Positions 41,026 to 53,700 of a DNA stretch of 64,000 bases are shown here, piece by piece; within the stretch, counting starts at the first letter, position 1, and each line of letters starts with the position of its first letter. Both the position numbers and the translations under genes were made by a program. Origin of the DNA: Octopus bimaculoides (taxonomy: Eukaryota). The stretch is from assembly GCF_001194135.2 (NCBI RefSeq), contig NC_068987.1, positions 17,342,963 through 17,406,962 of the forward strand. The letters are read 5' to 3'. The notes under the pieces were generated by a model. The model had not been told where the DNA came from. It saw nothing but the letters and a program-made list of their open reading frames with translations, and did not search any database.

Positions 41026-42241
41026 GTATGGCTTATTCGTTTTATTATAATATTTGTCTGGACTGAATGGCTATTGTATTGGCAGCAACGTATTATGTTG
41101 CATAGCAATAAAATTACATACTCGTACATTTTCTACCTATTCGACAAATATCTTCTTTCCGGCGAACGTTTTTTCCTCATAATCATATATGTACGTGACA
41201 ATAAAGCTACCATTCAAAACAACAGCAATTACACCGGCTTCGAAGATTTTATTTCTTTATATGAATTACACGAGACAATAAATACGAAGTTGCGACTATG
41301 TATTCTTTTTAAAATGTTTTTCTTATACTACATTTGTATATATATATGTATATGTATGTGTGCGTGCGTTTCTGTGAGTGTGTGTGTCTGTATGTTTGTG
41401 TACGTGTGTGTATGTGCGCGTGTGTGCAAAATTCTAGGCTTTTTGAGTCTCATATTATTCGGATATCTCCATCTTTGCATTTATTATCATAGATGTTACT
41501 ACGTGATTGTGAATTTACTCCTGATCTCAAAGATTAATATTTAAGGGGTTTTTTTTTTGTAAAAAGAAAATAGTAGAAAACATTATCTAGCTAAGTAAAG
41601 CTCTGTATGAATTGCTGCTGTCATTTTCGCCAATCACTTCATATTTATATTCAGAAAAGTTGGAATAAAAATTGTGAACAGATTTATATAGATTCTTTAT
41701 ACGTCAAAATGTCTGCTATTTTTATGTTTTCTCTGCTGTCAAAATAGCTGCATCCCTGAAAGTATATAGCAGTTAAAATAAATTATGCAAATAGGGGACA
41801 TTTATTTTTTCTAATGTGGACTACTATTAGGAATAGATGCTTTGTGTCATTATGTTCGTTCCTATGAGACGATATGAGGGTCTTTAGAGGATTCTGATTG
41901 TGTGAACGTACCTGTTGAAATATTCTTTCACATATTTACATAGTGCTCAAAAAGAAAAGGGTGTTTTCATGAATGAAGGATAGATGTATTCAAACGTTAC
42001 GAGGGTATTTCAAATAACAAGTAGGCGTTCGTACATGAATACGTACGCATACATACCTACATGCATGCATACATACATACATTTCTTTGATGTCGTTGCA
42101 CATCAAAGTCCAATACTGCCATATTCTATATATCAACATACTCATCTTTATGTATTTTTCACCAGTCAAAACACGCATAATTTTTGTGCGTGCGTCTGCG
42201 TGCGTGTGTCTGTGTGTGCGTGTGTGTGCGTGTGTGTGTGT

Positions 42242-42287
<46 letters not shown>

Positions 42288-44970
42288 ATGAAGTTATTTT
42301 TATTATTACATCTATGAGTGTTAGAGAAAGGAAAAGTAAGAATGATCTACTGAAAGAGGCACCATGGAAGAAAATAGACATAGTGTGAAAGGGATAGAAG
42401 CAAAGAGGAAGACATATAAACAGACATAGACAGAGGTGGAGACATACTGGTAGAGAGAAGGTGATATAATGTTTTAGGATAGAGGAGAATTCTAGGAAGA
42501 CGTCTCCTTCGATACGTAACATTGATATAAGTATAAATGCAAATAATGCTGATAAATCGATAGCTTCATTGCTAGATACACACTCATATGCACCTCCACA
42601 CCAGCACTCACGGTATATCAATAACTATTCATATACATGTGCTTCTGCAGCACGTTGACAGTACCATGATAACAGATATGGAATAAATCTGAATTACATT
42701 GGTCACTGCAAGGCATAAGGTTTCAATAATGCACAAGGGGACATTCGCAGACATACTGTAACAAACAGAAATAAGAAAGGAAAACAAAGCAGCTTAACAA
42801 AAACGGTAATATGAGAAACAACATCAGTTGGTTGAAACAGTCGTCTTTCGTAAGTTAGAAAGTGAATTATATAATCAGTCTGGGATTGTTGGTATTTGAG
42901 TATAACTTATATATTTGTATTTGCTTTAAATGTATAACAGAGGATTTATCTATGTATTGTATAACTCAATGTCTACCTTCTCGAAATATTAGTCTTATTA
43001 TGTCTTCTTTTATGGCGCATCGTCCTCTTCGTATTGAATGGCATTTTGAGAACAGTAAGATGGAGAATATAAATACTTATAGACAACTACAAGGTAAATG
43101 ACCGTCGGAAAAACGCGACAAAAGCATTATTCTACAGCAAAACTTGTGTGTTTGTCCAAGTGGGAGTTGCTGGATTGCTTGTAGCTCTACCCTCATAGTC
43201 ACCTATCTTTTTTGTCTTACCTATTTATATCGCTTTCATCCAGAGAGGGACGGCCGAACCTCTGGCCTGTTATAGCGGCAGCGAGATGGATAAGGTGAAA
43301 GGAAGGCATTTTCAATCTAACGACATATTCCATATACTGTAACAGATTGGTCTTTGCTAAAAACAGTCACAGGCTTTGATGTGGGTGACGGATTGAGTTT
43401 GCTATCCAAGCGGTTCATCGTGTAGATTGAAAAATGAATCCAAAGACGAAAACCATACGACCAAATGTATCCTATCTGATCTGTTCCGTCAGTTCACTGC
43501 CTGGATATGCCATTTTTAGTGGAGGAAAGAAAAAAGACGACCTCGATCGCATTTGACCGCAGAATACAGTATAACGATTCTGACAGACTTAATATGCATG
43601 ATGTTGACTATCATAATACTGTTGATCATGAATAATTCTCGTGTACACAGACACAGTTTTAATATTATTTTTCATCAACACTATTTAAAAAACATCAGTA
43701 CGAATTTCTTGAAACTCAGTAATATTTATTCTTCTGGTTGATAACACTGCTAACAATGGTATCATTAACGACCAAACTGAGAAGCTAAAAATATATTCTT
43801 AGGTGTGTTCGCAAAATAAACGATTGAGAACTTTACTACCGCTGCAAGCACACAAGGAATATTCGGCAGCAATTTGTTCGAAACATTTCCGGAGTTGTTT
43901 ACCTCGTTTGCCAAACTGTAAAATTGGCCATTGACAAATTGTTCGCTTTTTTACTTCTCTGACACACGTTAATCTGGAATAGTTATTCAGTGCGGCTGTA
44001 TTGGCTATGTAAACAGAATCTAAACAATTTGATTTTCTATATATATGATACATATTAATTCTATTTCGTTACGCTAACAAGAGCACATAATGAATGTCCC
44101 TTAATTCGTTCGATACTTACGATAAAATCACTTCGCTAATGCAGCCATTCCAGGGCATAAACGTTTTTTCCCGCACATTTTTCTGGATTATATTTTACAA
44201 ACTAATTCTACGAGGACGTAATGTGTCCCTGGAGACGTCATAGGTGTGTGACGAAGGATTTCCGTTCAGTGGACATGAGTTAAAATAAGAAAAGTAATAA
44301 ACGAGTGAAGAACGAATATATAGCCACAAAAGATGGCATATACAATAAAAGATGACATATCCAGGCAGTGAATTGACAGAACAACAATTAGATCAGGAAA
44401 GATACATTTGGTCGTATGGTTTCCATTTTTGGGTTCATTTTCCAAGGAATATATAGCACGTGTGTTTGTTTGGTTAAAAAAATGAAAGTGAATATCCCGA
44501 AATACAACAAAACCTAACTGTAGTTTTCTTGTATAATTTGACTAAATATCATTTACAGCGGCACTGCATTTCTAATTAGGAATATATATATATATATATA
44601 TATATATANNNNNNNNNNNNNNNNNNNNNNNNNNNNNNNNNNNNNNNNNNNNNNNNNNNNNNNNNNNNNNNNNNNNNNNNNNNNNNNNNNNNNNNNNNNN
44701 NNNNNNNNNNNNNNNNNNNNNNNNNNNNNNNNNNNNNNNNNNNNNNNNNNNNNNNNNNNNNNNNNNNNNNNNNNNNNNNNNNNNNNNNNNNNNNNNNNNN
44801 NNNNNNNNNNNNNNNNNNNNNNNNNNNNNNNNNNNNNNNNNNNNNNNNNNNNNNNNNNNNNNNNNNNNNNNNNNNNNNNNNNNNNNNNNNNNNNNNNNNN
44901 NNNNNNNNNNNNNNNNNNNNNNNNNNNNNNNNNNNNNNNNNNNNNNNNNNNNNNNNNNNNNNNNNNNNNN

Positions 44971-45007
<37 letters not shown>

Positions 45008-45649
45008 ATATAACATTTTTATGTTATATCATTTCAAATTTCATATTTTATATTCATATTGTCTTATAAAATTCTATTTTACGTGTGTGTTTGTATTATA
45101 TATTCTTTATGGTATAACGATTTTGGGATGCATGCATTTATATCGGGGTGGTTATCTCCTTCTCAGCCAAAGGAGTCGCGGCGAACTGACACGAGAAACA
45201 GATCTCATTTGCTTCCTATCATCATTCAATAACTGGTTGTGCTGTTCATCGATTTACCGTAAGACAAAATACGGGATGACAGCTCTTAGCGGTGATGTTT
45301 ATTAATGAACAGTTGTCACCAACGCAAATATGAGCACCTGACCAATATTCCACCTGATTTATACAATATCAAGTTATCAAGGTAGCAAGTTAATGTTCAG
45401 ATTATAATTATAGCATTCACATCTGATGAGGTATTATTATAAATTACGCACGAGCCGTAGTGAACTCTCTTTGTATGATCATCAGTAAGCGTGCACTATT
45501 TTCAATTTTTGTTTAATGGAGTACTAATACTCCTATTTTTGCTAAGAACCTCAAACCATTATAGTATATACACACAAACATATACACACATATATACATA
45601 CGTCCTTTGTTTTAACAGTCATTTTCATAGTATTTTTTTCCGATGGCTC

Positions 45650-45710
45650 GATAACTGAAGAGATGCCGGCGTGGGTTTCCGCCCCAAGATCCGAAGCTCG
45701 GAGTTTTATC
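45650..45710 (+). ncRNA. degenerate hammerhead-like motif
   Basis: GAUAA CUGAAGA GAU-(GGCG/CGCC stem)-AUC C GAAG CUC G GAG UU UUAUC; GAAG instead of GAAA. Confidence 0.3.
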
Positions 45711-45764
45711 ATGGCTACCGAATAATTGTCACATATTATATTTACACGCACGCGCACGCACGCA

Positions 45765-45818
<54 letters not shown>

Positions 45819-45860
45819 AAAACATAAATCGAGAAGAAGCATACTGTAAGATGTAGTACA

Positions 45861-46018
45861 TATTAAAGTTGGAGAACGCCGGGTTTTTTTGGATTACTTT
45901 CGGTTTCCCGTCCATGAAGGGTTTAGCTTTCGGATCAGACGACACACCGTAAAGCTAAACCCTTTATGAACGGGAGACATGAGGTAATCCCATAAACCGG
46001 TCTTCCCCAAACTTAATA
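45861..46018. mobile_element. 158-bp fold-back / MITE-like hairpin
   Basis: Arms of about 72 bp complementary from tattaaagttgg to ccaaacttaata; 13-nt loop 45934-45946. Confidence 0.75.
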
Positions 46019-46059
46019 CACACACACACATATATATACATATATATACACGATTTGTC

Positions 46060-46092
<33 letters not shown>

Positions 46093-46479
46093 ATTGTGTG
46101 CATGTCTGTGTGCGTGTTTATATGTGTATGTATATATGAATACATACCATCGCTATGCATGCTTATGCATTATTTATTTACGACATAATCAACTCTATTA
46201 CCAGCAGAAATGCAGTGAGCTAAACACGTAAATATATATTCTGAAAGTCGGTTATCGTTTGTGACAGCTGTCAAACAATATCTCGGTGTTTGATTATTAT
46301 TCCTTTCCCACATGTTGAGTGAATATCAGAGGAACAATTTATGCATGGTTTCAGATAGTTGTGTAAAAAAGAAAAAAAGAAAGAATTAAAGTTTCTTTCT
46401 TTCTCTCCATGAAATCGAGCGGGAACAATTTGTTGCAATTCTACACAAGTTTTCTAGATTGTTGTAATTCATATAAACA

Positions 46480-46520
<41 letters not shown>

Positions 46521-47904
46521 NNNNNNNNNNNNNNNNNNNNNNNNNNNNNNNNNNNNNNNNNNNNNNNNNNNNNNNNNNNNNNNNNNNNNNNNNNNNNNNN
46601 NNNNNNNNNNNNNNNNNNNNNNNNNNNNNNNNNNNNNNNNNNNNNNNNNNNNNNNNNNNNNNNNNNNNNNNNNNNNNNNNNNNNNNNNNNNNNNNNNNNN
46701 NNNNNNNNNNNNNNNNNNNNNNNNNNNNNNNNNNNNNNNNNNNNNNNNNNNNNNNNNNNNNNNNNNNNNNNNNNNNNNNNNNNNNNNNNNNNNNNNNNNN
46801 NNNNNNNNNNNNNNNNNNNNNNNNNNNNNNNNNNNNNNNNNNNNNNNNNNNNNNNNNNNNNNNNNNNNNNNNNNNNNNNNNNNNNNNNNNNNNNNNNNNN
46901 NNNNNNNNNNNNNNNNNNNNNNNNNNNNNNNNNNNNNNNNNNNNNNNNNNNNNNNNNNNNNNNNNNNNNNNNNNNNNNNNNNNNNNNNNNNNNNNNNNNN
47001 NNNNNNNNNNNNNNNNNNNNNNNNNNNNNNNNNNNNNNNNNNNNNNNNNNNNNNNNNNNNNNNNNNNNNNNNNNNNNNNNNNNNNNNNNNNNNNNNNNNN
47101 NNNNNNNNNNNNNNNNNNNNNNNNNNNNNNNNNNNNNNNNNNNNNNNNNNNNNNNNNNNNNNNNNNNNNNNNNNNNNNNNNNNNNNNNNNNNNNNNNNNN
47201 NNNNNNNNNNNNNNNNNNNNNNNNNNNNNNNNNNNNNNNNNNNNNNNNNNNNNNNNNNNNNNNNNNNNNNNNNNNNNNNNNNNNNNNNNNNNNNNNNNNN
47301 NNNNNNNNNNNNNNNNNNNNNNNNNNNNNNNNNNNNNNNNNNNNNNNNNNNNNNNNNNNNNNNNNNNNNNNNNNNNNNNNNNNNNNNNNNNNNNNNNNNN
47401 NNNNNNNNNNNNNNNNNNNNNNNNNNNNNNNNNNNNNNNNNNNNNNNNNNNNNNNNNNNNNNNNNNNNNNNNNNNNNNNNATATATATATATATATATAC
47501 TGTGAAATTAATAAGGGTAGAACCAAATATATACATATATCTGTATGTTCGTGTGTACGTAAATATTTTTGTACTTTTTACGTATTTATATTTGCGAAGC
47601 ACAGATGTCACTAAATTATACTCTTGTTGACAACATTTCACAGAAACGAAATAATTTCAAAAAATATATGGCATTAAAATTATTCAACAGAAAACTTAAA
47701 ATCACGGCTTGTATTTTCCACCACGAATGACGGCTCGTAATGGAGACTATACTACAATGCAGAAATAGTGACCTGATGAAATATCTTCCAAATTCAATAC
47801 CCATGTATGTATGTATGTATGTATGTATGTATGTATGTATGTATGTATGTATGTATGGATGGATGGATGGATGGATGGATGGATGCATATATGTATTTGA
47901 GTAT

Positions 47905-48105
47905 GTCTGTGTGTGTTGATAATTGTCTCCTGCCATCGCTGGAAAACTGCTGCCGGTTAGCATGCATTGTCGTAATATAGCGTTCGACAAAGCCGTCCGA
48001 TAGAACTAGCGGCAGATTTTAAAAGAATAAGATATGCTCGGCGAAAACCATTAAAGGCGATGGTCCAGCACGGCTTCATCCCAAGGAATAAAACGAGAAT
48101 AAAAC
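47905..48105 (+). mobile_element. old 3' half of CORE-type SINE
   Basis: tgtctcctgccatcgct...gtaatatagcgttcgacaaag..cgatagaa...aaaggcgatggtccagcacggc, resembling 1565-1785. Confidence 0.55.
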
Positions 48106-48564
48106 CATAATTTTACATGCAGATATATGTATACATATCTATACAAAAATCATATACGAAACAATGAAGGGAACTGTCTCTCTGTCTGTCTATTCCTCTG
48201 TCTGTCTCTCTCCTTTTAGCTATCTGTCTGTCCGTCTGTTTGTCTGTTTATATCTGTCTGTATGTCTGTCTGTCTGTCTCTGTCTCTCTCTCTCTCTATC
48301 TGTCTGTCTGTCTATCACACATATACATATACATGCATATAAGCAGAGGGACAAATAAATATATAGATAGGTATTAAATTTAAATGTATTAATAAACATA
48401 TTCATGATCGGATGCATGAAAAGACATGGACGCGCAAATCAGTACACACACTCATGTATATGTATTTATGCACGCGCACACACACACACGCAGGCCTAAG
48501 TATATGAATCTATATTTATGTCTATATCTATATCGATATCGATATCTAGATATCTATGCCCTGA

Positions 48565-48830
48565 GTGCCTTCATTCTAGAAGATTTGAGACATTTACAGG
48601 AGAGACATTTATTAACTTCAAAGATGTACAAAAGATCCTTCAAAGTGAGATCCTCAGACTTTAAGACACTTGTAATGCTTCATGAATGTCCCATGGAAGT
48701 CCTCCAAAATGCAACCTTCCAGGACACTTTTTACAGCGTCTTTCATCTTTATATATTTAAAACGAGTGCTAGTGAGGTTCTCCTACAGTTTGAGACATAA
48801 TCAGAAGTCACAAAGTGCAATGACTGGACT
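48565..48830 (-). mobile_element. mariner transposase C-terminal remnant with 3' end
   Basis: P.IALCDF*LCLKL*ENL..TRF....MKDAVKSVL....LEDFHG.F.K, resembling mariner SPDLAPCDFWLFPKLK..L.G.RF. Confidence 0.75.
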
Positions 48831-49194
48831 ATATATAGGGTGAGGGATAATTTTGCTGCTCTGTCATGTAGATTGTTACCAAAACGGAATTGTAGACTAA
48901 TGCATTGTACTGGTATCAACCCTAGTAGATGAACACTCTCTCCATTCGTCGAAATCTCTTCTGCAACTCCTTCAAAACCTCAACAAAGCACTTTTTTATT
49001 GACCGTCAAGCTACAAGGTGGAGATTTTTGCATCAACTTGTATATGCTTGACTTTTGCACACTCAATCAGTTAACATTACATCTATTACATAATTCCGTG
49101 CCCGCAGAAACCGGTATTGGACATGAAATGGCATGCTATCATGTTTATGTATCTTTTGTATTTTTACAGAGAGAGGCAGAAAGAATGAAAGATG

Positions 49195-49252
<58 letters not shown>

Positions 49253-49939
49253 ACTATATATATACATGTATATCTTTATATATATATGTGTGCGGGGCAG
49301 TTTTAATCCCCTGTTTTTGTTTTGAAAGATGCTTGTATATTATAAAAATACTATTTAATGAATCACTAGATCTCACCATCTTATTTTGTAATCTTTTTCA
49401 GGCTTTCGATACGTGTGGCAACTGTTTTATTGTGTCATTATATCCCTTATATTTTATTAAACATATTACAAGTTTCTTGTATTACAAACCGTTGGTACTA
49501 TTTCTAACGCTGTTTTCATTTTCTAATACGTGTTGTTTATTAACTTTTTTTTGAGTTAAATATTATCAATTGCTTTCGAGACATTATAAAACGCAGGAAT
49601 AAATAAATCACAATCAGGAAACACGCCATAACAAAGTTAAATAAATATGTAAACATAAAAATATCTTAGATGAAGATGAACGTGTCACTCATTTTATAAC
49701 TTCGACTAATATATAATGCAATAATTTATTTTGCATGCAAATCAGAAGACAAATGGCTACCGAGATATTTCTATTCCGCCCACAATTTGTTCTGAGACTG
49801 TGTAACTGAATGCATTTCATATTACGATGGACTGGAAATTAAAAAAAAAACAAACGAAACAAAACACGGCGTCAAAAGGTTTTCCATATATTTTATGATT
49901 TCACATTGTTTTCATTATCTGAACATAATTAAAATAACA

Positions 49940-50115
49940 AGCTAATGGAAAAGCTAGCGTGTCGGAAATATCCTTTGTGGTATTTACTTTGGCTCCATAC
50001 ATTCTGATTTCTAATCACGCCGGGGGTATGTTTGCCTTTCATTCTTCCCTCTACTCAGATTATAAAGATGTAATCAATTCGACCTTCAAAACTCCTGGCT
50101 TTTTGCCTAAATAAC
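49940..50115 (+). mobile_element. old SINE second family
   Basis: gctagcgtgtcggaaatat...gtggtattt...acattctga...tttgcctttcattc. Confidence 0.45.
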
Positions 50116-50695
50116 AAAATGTTATTTCAGCCTAAAGGTTCTCTACAAAAGACAAATTAATCTTTATATAACTATAGTTTAATTTTTTATACAAATGATT
50201 CTATAACCGTAAAAATGATATATTTCATTTTTCCTCATGATTCTTTAGATTTTTATTACGTGTAAAAATAAAGCTCATAAAATGGATGGGGAAAGAGTTC
50301 AAGGACTGTTTTGGTACAATGTTAGAAAGTTTGTGAGTTTGACTTCATGATACCATTGGACTTTCCTCATCCAAAGATACTTTCGTCCGATAGTTACACG
50401 CTAATATATATTTATACTCTTATGTAATTCGAATTCCATCGTAGAAACAAGGCAATTTCGTGCCACGACGTAAACACTATATGTATCCATGTGTGTGTAT
50501 GTGTGCGTGTGCGTGTGTATGTGTGTGTGAAGATGCCTGACTCCATGGATAGGGTGCTGTACTCATAAACTTAAGACTGTATCGTCGATTCTTGGACCCG
50601 TCAATAGTCGGACAGGCATCAAGAACCTATACGTGCCAGAATCCGGGAAAATAGATTTAGGAGCCTATGGCTCCAGGACCAAGTTTGATGCTTCT

Positions 50696-50732
<37 letters not shown>

Positions 50733-53700
50733 NNNNNNNNNNNNNNNNNNNNNNNNNNNNNNNNNNNNNNNNNNNNNNNNNNNNNNNNNNNNNNNNNNNN
50801 NNNNNNNNNNNNNNNNNNNNNNNNNNNNNNNNNNNNNNNNNNNNNNNNNNNNNNNNNNNNNNNNNNNNNNNNNNNNNNNNNNNNNNNNNNNNNNNNNNNN
50901 NNNNNNNNNNNNNNNNNNNNNNNNNNNNNNNNNNNNNNNNNNNNNNNNNNNNNNNNNNNNNNNNNNNNNNNNNNNNNNNNNNNNNNNNNNNNNNNNNNNN
51001 NNNNNNNNNNNNNNNNNNNNNNNNNNNNNNNNNNNNNNNNNNNNNNNNNNNNNNNNNNNNNNNNNNNNNNNNNNNNNNNNNNNNNNNNNNNNNNNNNNNN
51101 NNNNNNNNNNNNNNNNNNNNNNNNNNNNNNNNNNNNNNNNNNNNNNNNNNNNNNNNNNNNNNNNNNNNNNNNNNNNNNNNNNNNNNNNNNNNNNNNNNNN
51201 NNNNNNNNNNNNNNNNNNNNNNNNNNNNNNNNNNNNNNNNNNNNNNNNNNNNNNNNNNNNNNNNNNNNNNNNNNNNNNNNNNNNNNNNNNNNNNNNNNNN
51301 NNNNNNNNNNNNNNNNNNNNNNNNNNNNNNNNNNNNNNNNNNNNNNNNNNNNNNNNNNNNNNNNNNNNNNNNNNNNNNNNNNNNNNNNNNNNNNNNNNNN
51401 NNNNNNNNNNNNNNNNNNNNNNNNNNNNNNNNNNNNNNNNNNNNNNNNNNNNNNNNNNNNNNNNNNNNNNNNNNNNNNNNNNNNNNNNNNNNNNNNNNNN
51501 NNNNNNNNNNNNNNNNNNNNNTATATATATATATATATATATATATATCCAGATGTCTCTATCCCAGTCATGTATTTCTGATGCTAATAGAAACCATCCG
51601 ATTATCGATGATTAGATTACTGTCTGTGTGTGCTAATATATGTATCAATGCTTTTGGCCGTCTTTCACATTATAGTTATGCCTTGTGGGGTCAAAGCAGA
51701 TTTTCTACATCGATGTATAAGAGTCATCTCCAATCAGAATTGTCAATCGTGGTTTTACGCAAAAATACAATGGCAACAGAAATAAATTAGAGGTGTTTTC
51801 TTTTTCTTCTTTTTCATTCCGTTTCTCTGTTCGATTTTCAATCATTAGAAGTCAAAATGTCGATTCAGAATCAGCTTCAAAACGGTGAAAAAATTATATC
51901 TATACTTTTCATCTCGTCCTCGCTCGCGTAATTTATTCACTCAACAAACTGCTTATTAAATCGCTGTTTCTCTGTTGAAATAACTATCAATGTTTTTAAT
52001 TTTTTTTTAACAAGCATGTTGTCCACTTTCGATTTCTATATGACAGAAAACTGTATTCTCTATTGCCCCCTTTTATTTGATAACGATGTATTGTTATTAT
52101 GACGATTAAATATGATGTATTGCGGGGCTCACTCGATTTCATCTCTGACACTGCAATTATTCGCCTGAATTAGAATTTTGTTGTGTTTTGAACAGCAGAA
52201 ATATCTGGTTATTCATCCGTATCTAGTTATTCATTCATATCACTAATTCGTTGTCCTAACAAATTCATACAATTTTTTTGTTTATTTTTACTTAAGATAA
52301 AAGAGTTTTCCTTGAGTGTTGAATAATAAACGCGTGAGGTGCAAATATTTCTCCAAGGTATTGCAGTTTCTCCTTAATTAATATAGGATACTATTTGACT
52401 ATGCAGGATGGGCAGCCTCCCGCTTTTACTATTCAAAGTGCTCTTTTAACCCAATATTTATACGTTTTATCTACATCGAATTCCACCGTAAAAAGAGAAT
52501 TATTTTGTGTTTTGTCATTTATAGCCAAACACAAATTCCCGTTCAGTGTGATAAAAATCACAGTATATCAACACTAGGAGAAATCAAATATTTCGTAAAT
52601 ATATTTCACAGCATTTACTACTGATAGCTGTTAAACTATGTTCCAACATATATTGCATTACTGTTTCATGATATTGCAGTTACTCTATGGTACTTTATGG
52701 CATTCTCTAAAATGAAACGGCAAATAATCACTAATTGAAACTTGGTCGCAGACTCTAATTGCGTTCGAGATCATAAGATTAAATTTTAATTATCATACTT
52801 AATTAAATGTGTCACACGAATTTATCTGAACATTAGCAACACTAAAGTATCCTAGCCTCTACAACTATATTTCAAACCTGCTTTCAAATGTTGATAATTC
52901 CTTGGGATATACACATTACTGCAGCTTTGGCTGACCCATATAATCAAAACGCGTGTTCACTTGTGTTAGATGAATCAGAATTCGCGTCGAACCTGTTTAA
53001 TGTGATGTCTGCTTTAAAACTATATTCGGTTTTGAATATCTGCGGACCTTTGCGATGAGTAGAAACAAACAAAACATTGCAGTATAAATGGTTTTAAGTT
53101 CTCTTGCGCGTAAAGTAAACCAGTGCCAAAGATTTTGTTCAGACAAACGTTGCAGAGTGGCAACAATGAAATTCTGTATGCATTTTTTTGACAATGTCTC
53201 GTCATATATTTCTAAATAAAACCACAATATCGTCATATTCGTAATTATTCCGGAACCATGCGTATGGACAGGGCATTTCAAGATAACAGAAGGGAATAAT
53301 CACCATCTTTCTTTTGTGAAAATTTCAAAGTTAGCACTTATAGTTTTCCGATACTAAATATATATGTATATATTAAATTAGTAGTAGAAACATTTTCCAA
53401 AATATAATGATATTGATCGGGATAATGAGAATTATATTGTTGATTCACCAGAATAATAGATCAGGTTCAAACGTGTTGAATATATCGTAGCAAGTCACCT
53501 ATGATATACGTGCGTGTATGAGCGTGTCTTTGTGTGTGTGTGTGTATGTGTGTGTGTGTGTGTGTGTGTGATTGTGTATATGGATGTATATATGCAGTAG
53601 ATCCCGCCCACTCTGCAGCTTATGTTCATGCACACAGATGAACAAACAACAACGGGACACGCACGCGTCCATATATATGCACACGTATAGCTGCATGTGA

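Noticed and set aside
43803-43930. ICSKHF THAP-like motif
   Set aside because: Other THAP residues (C2, P, W) are absent.
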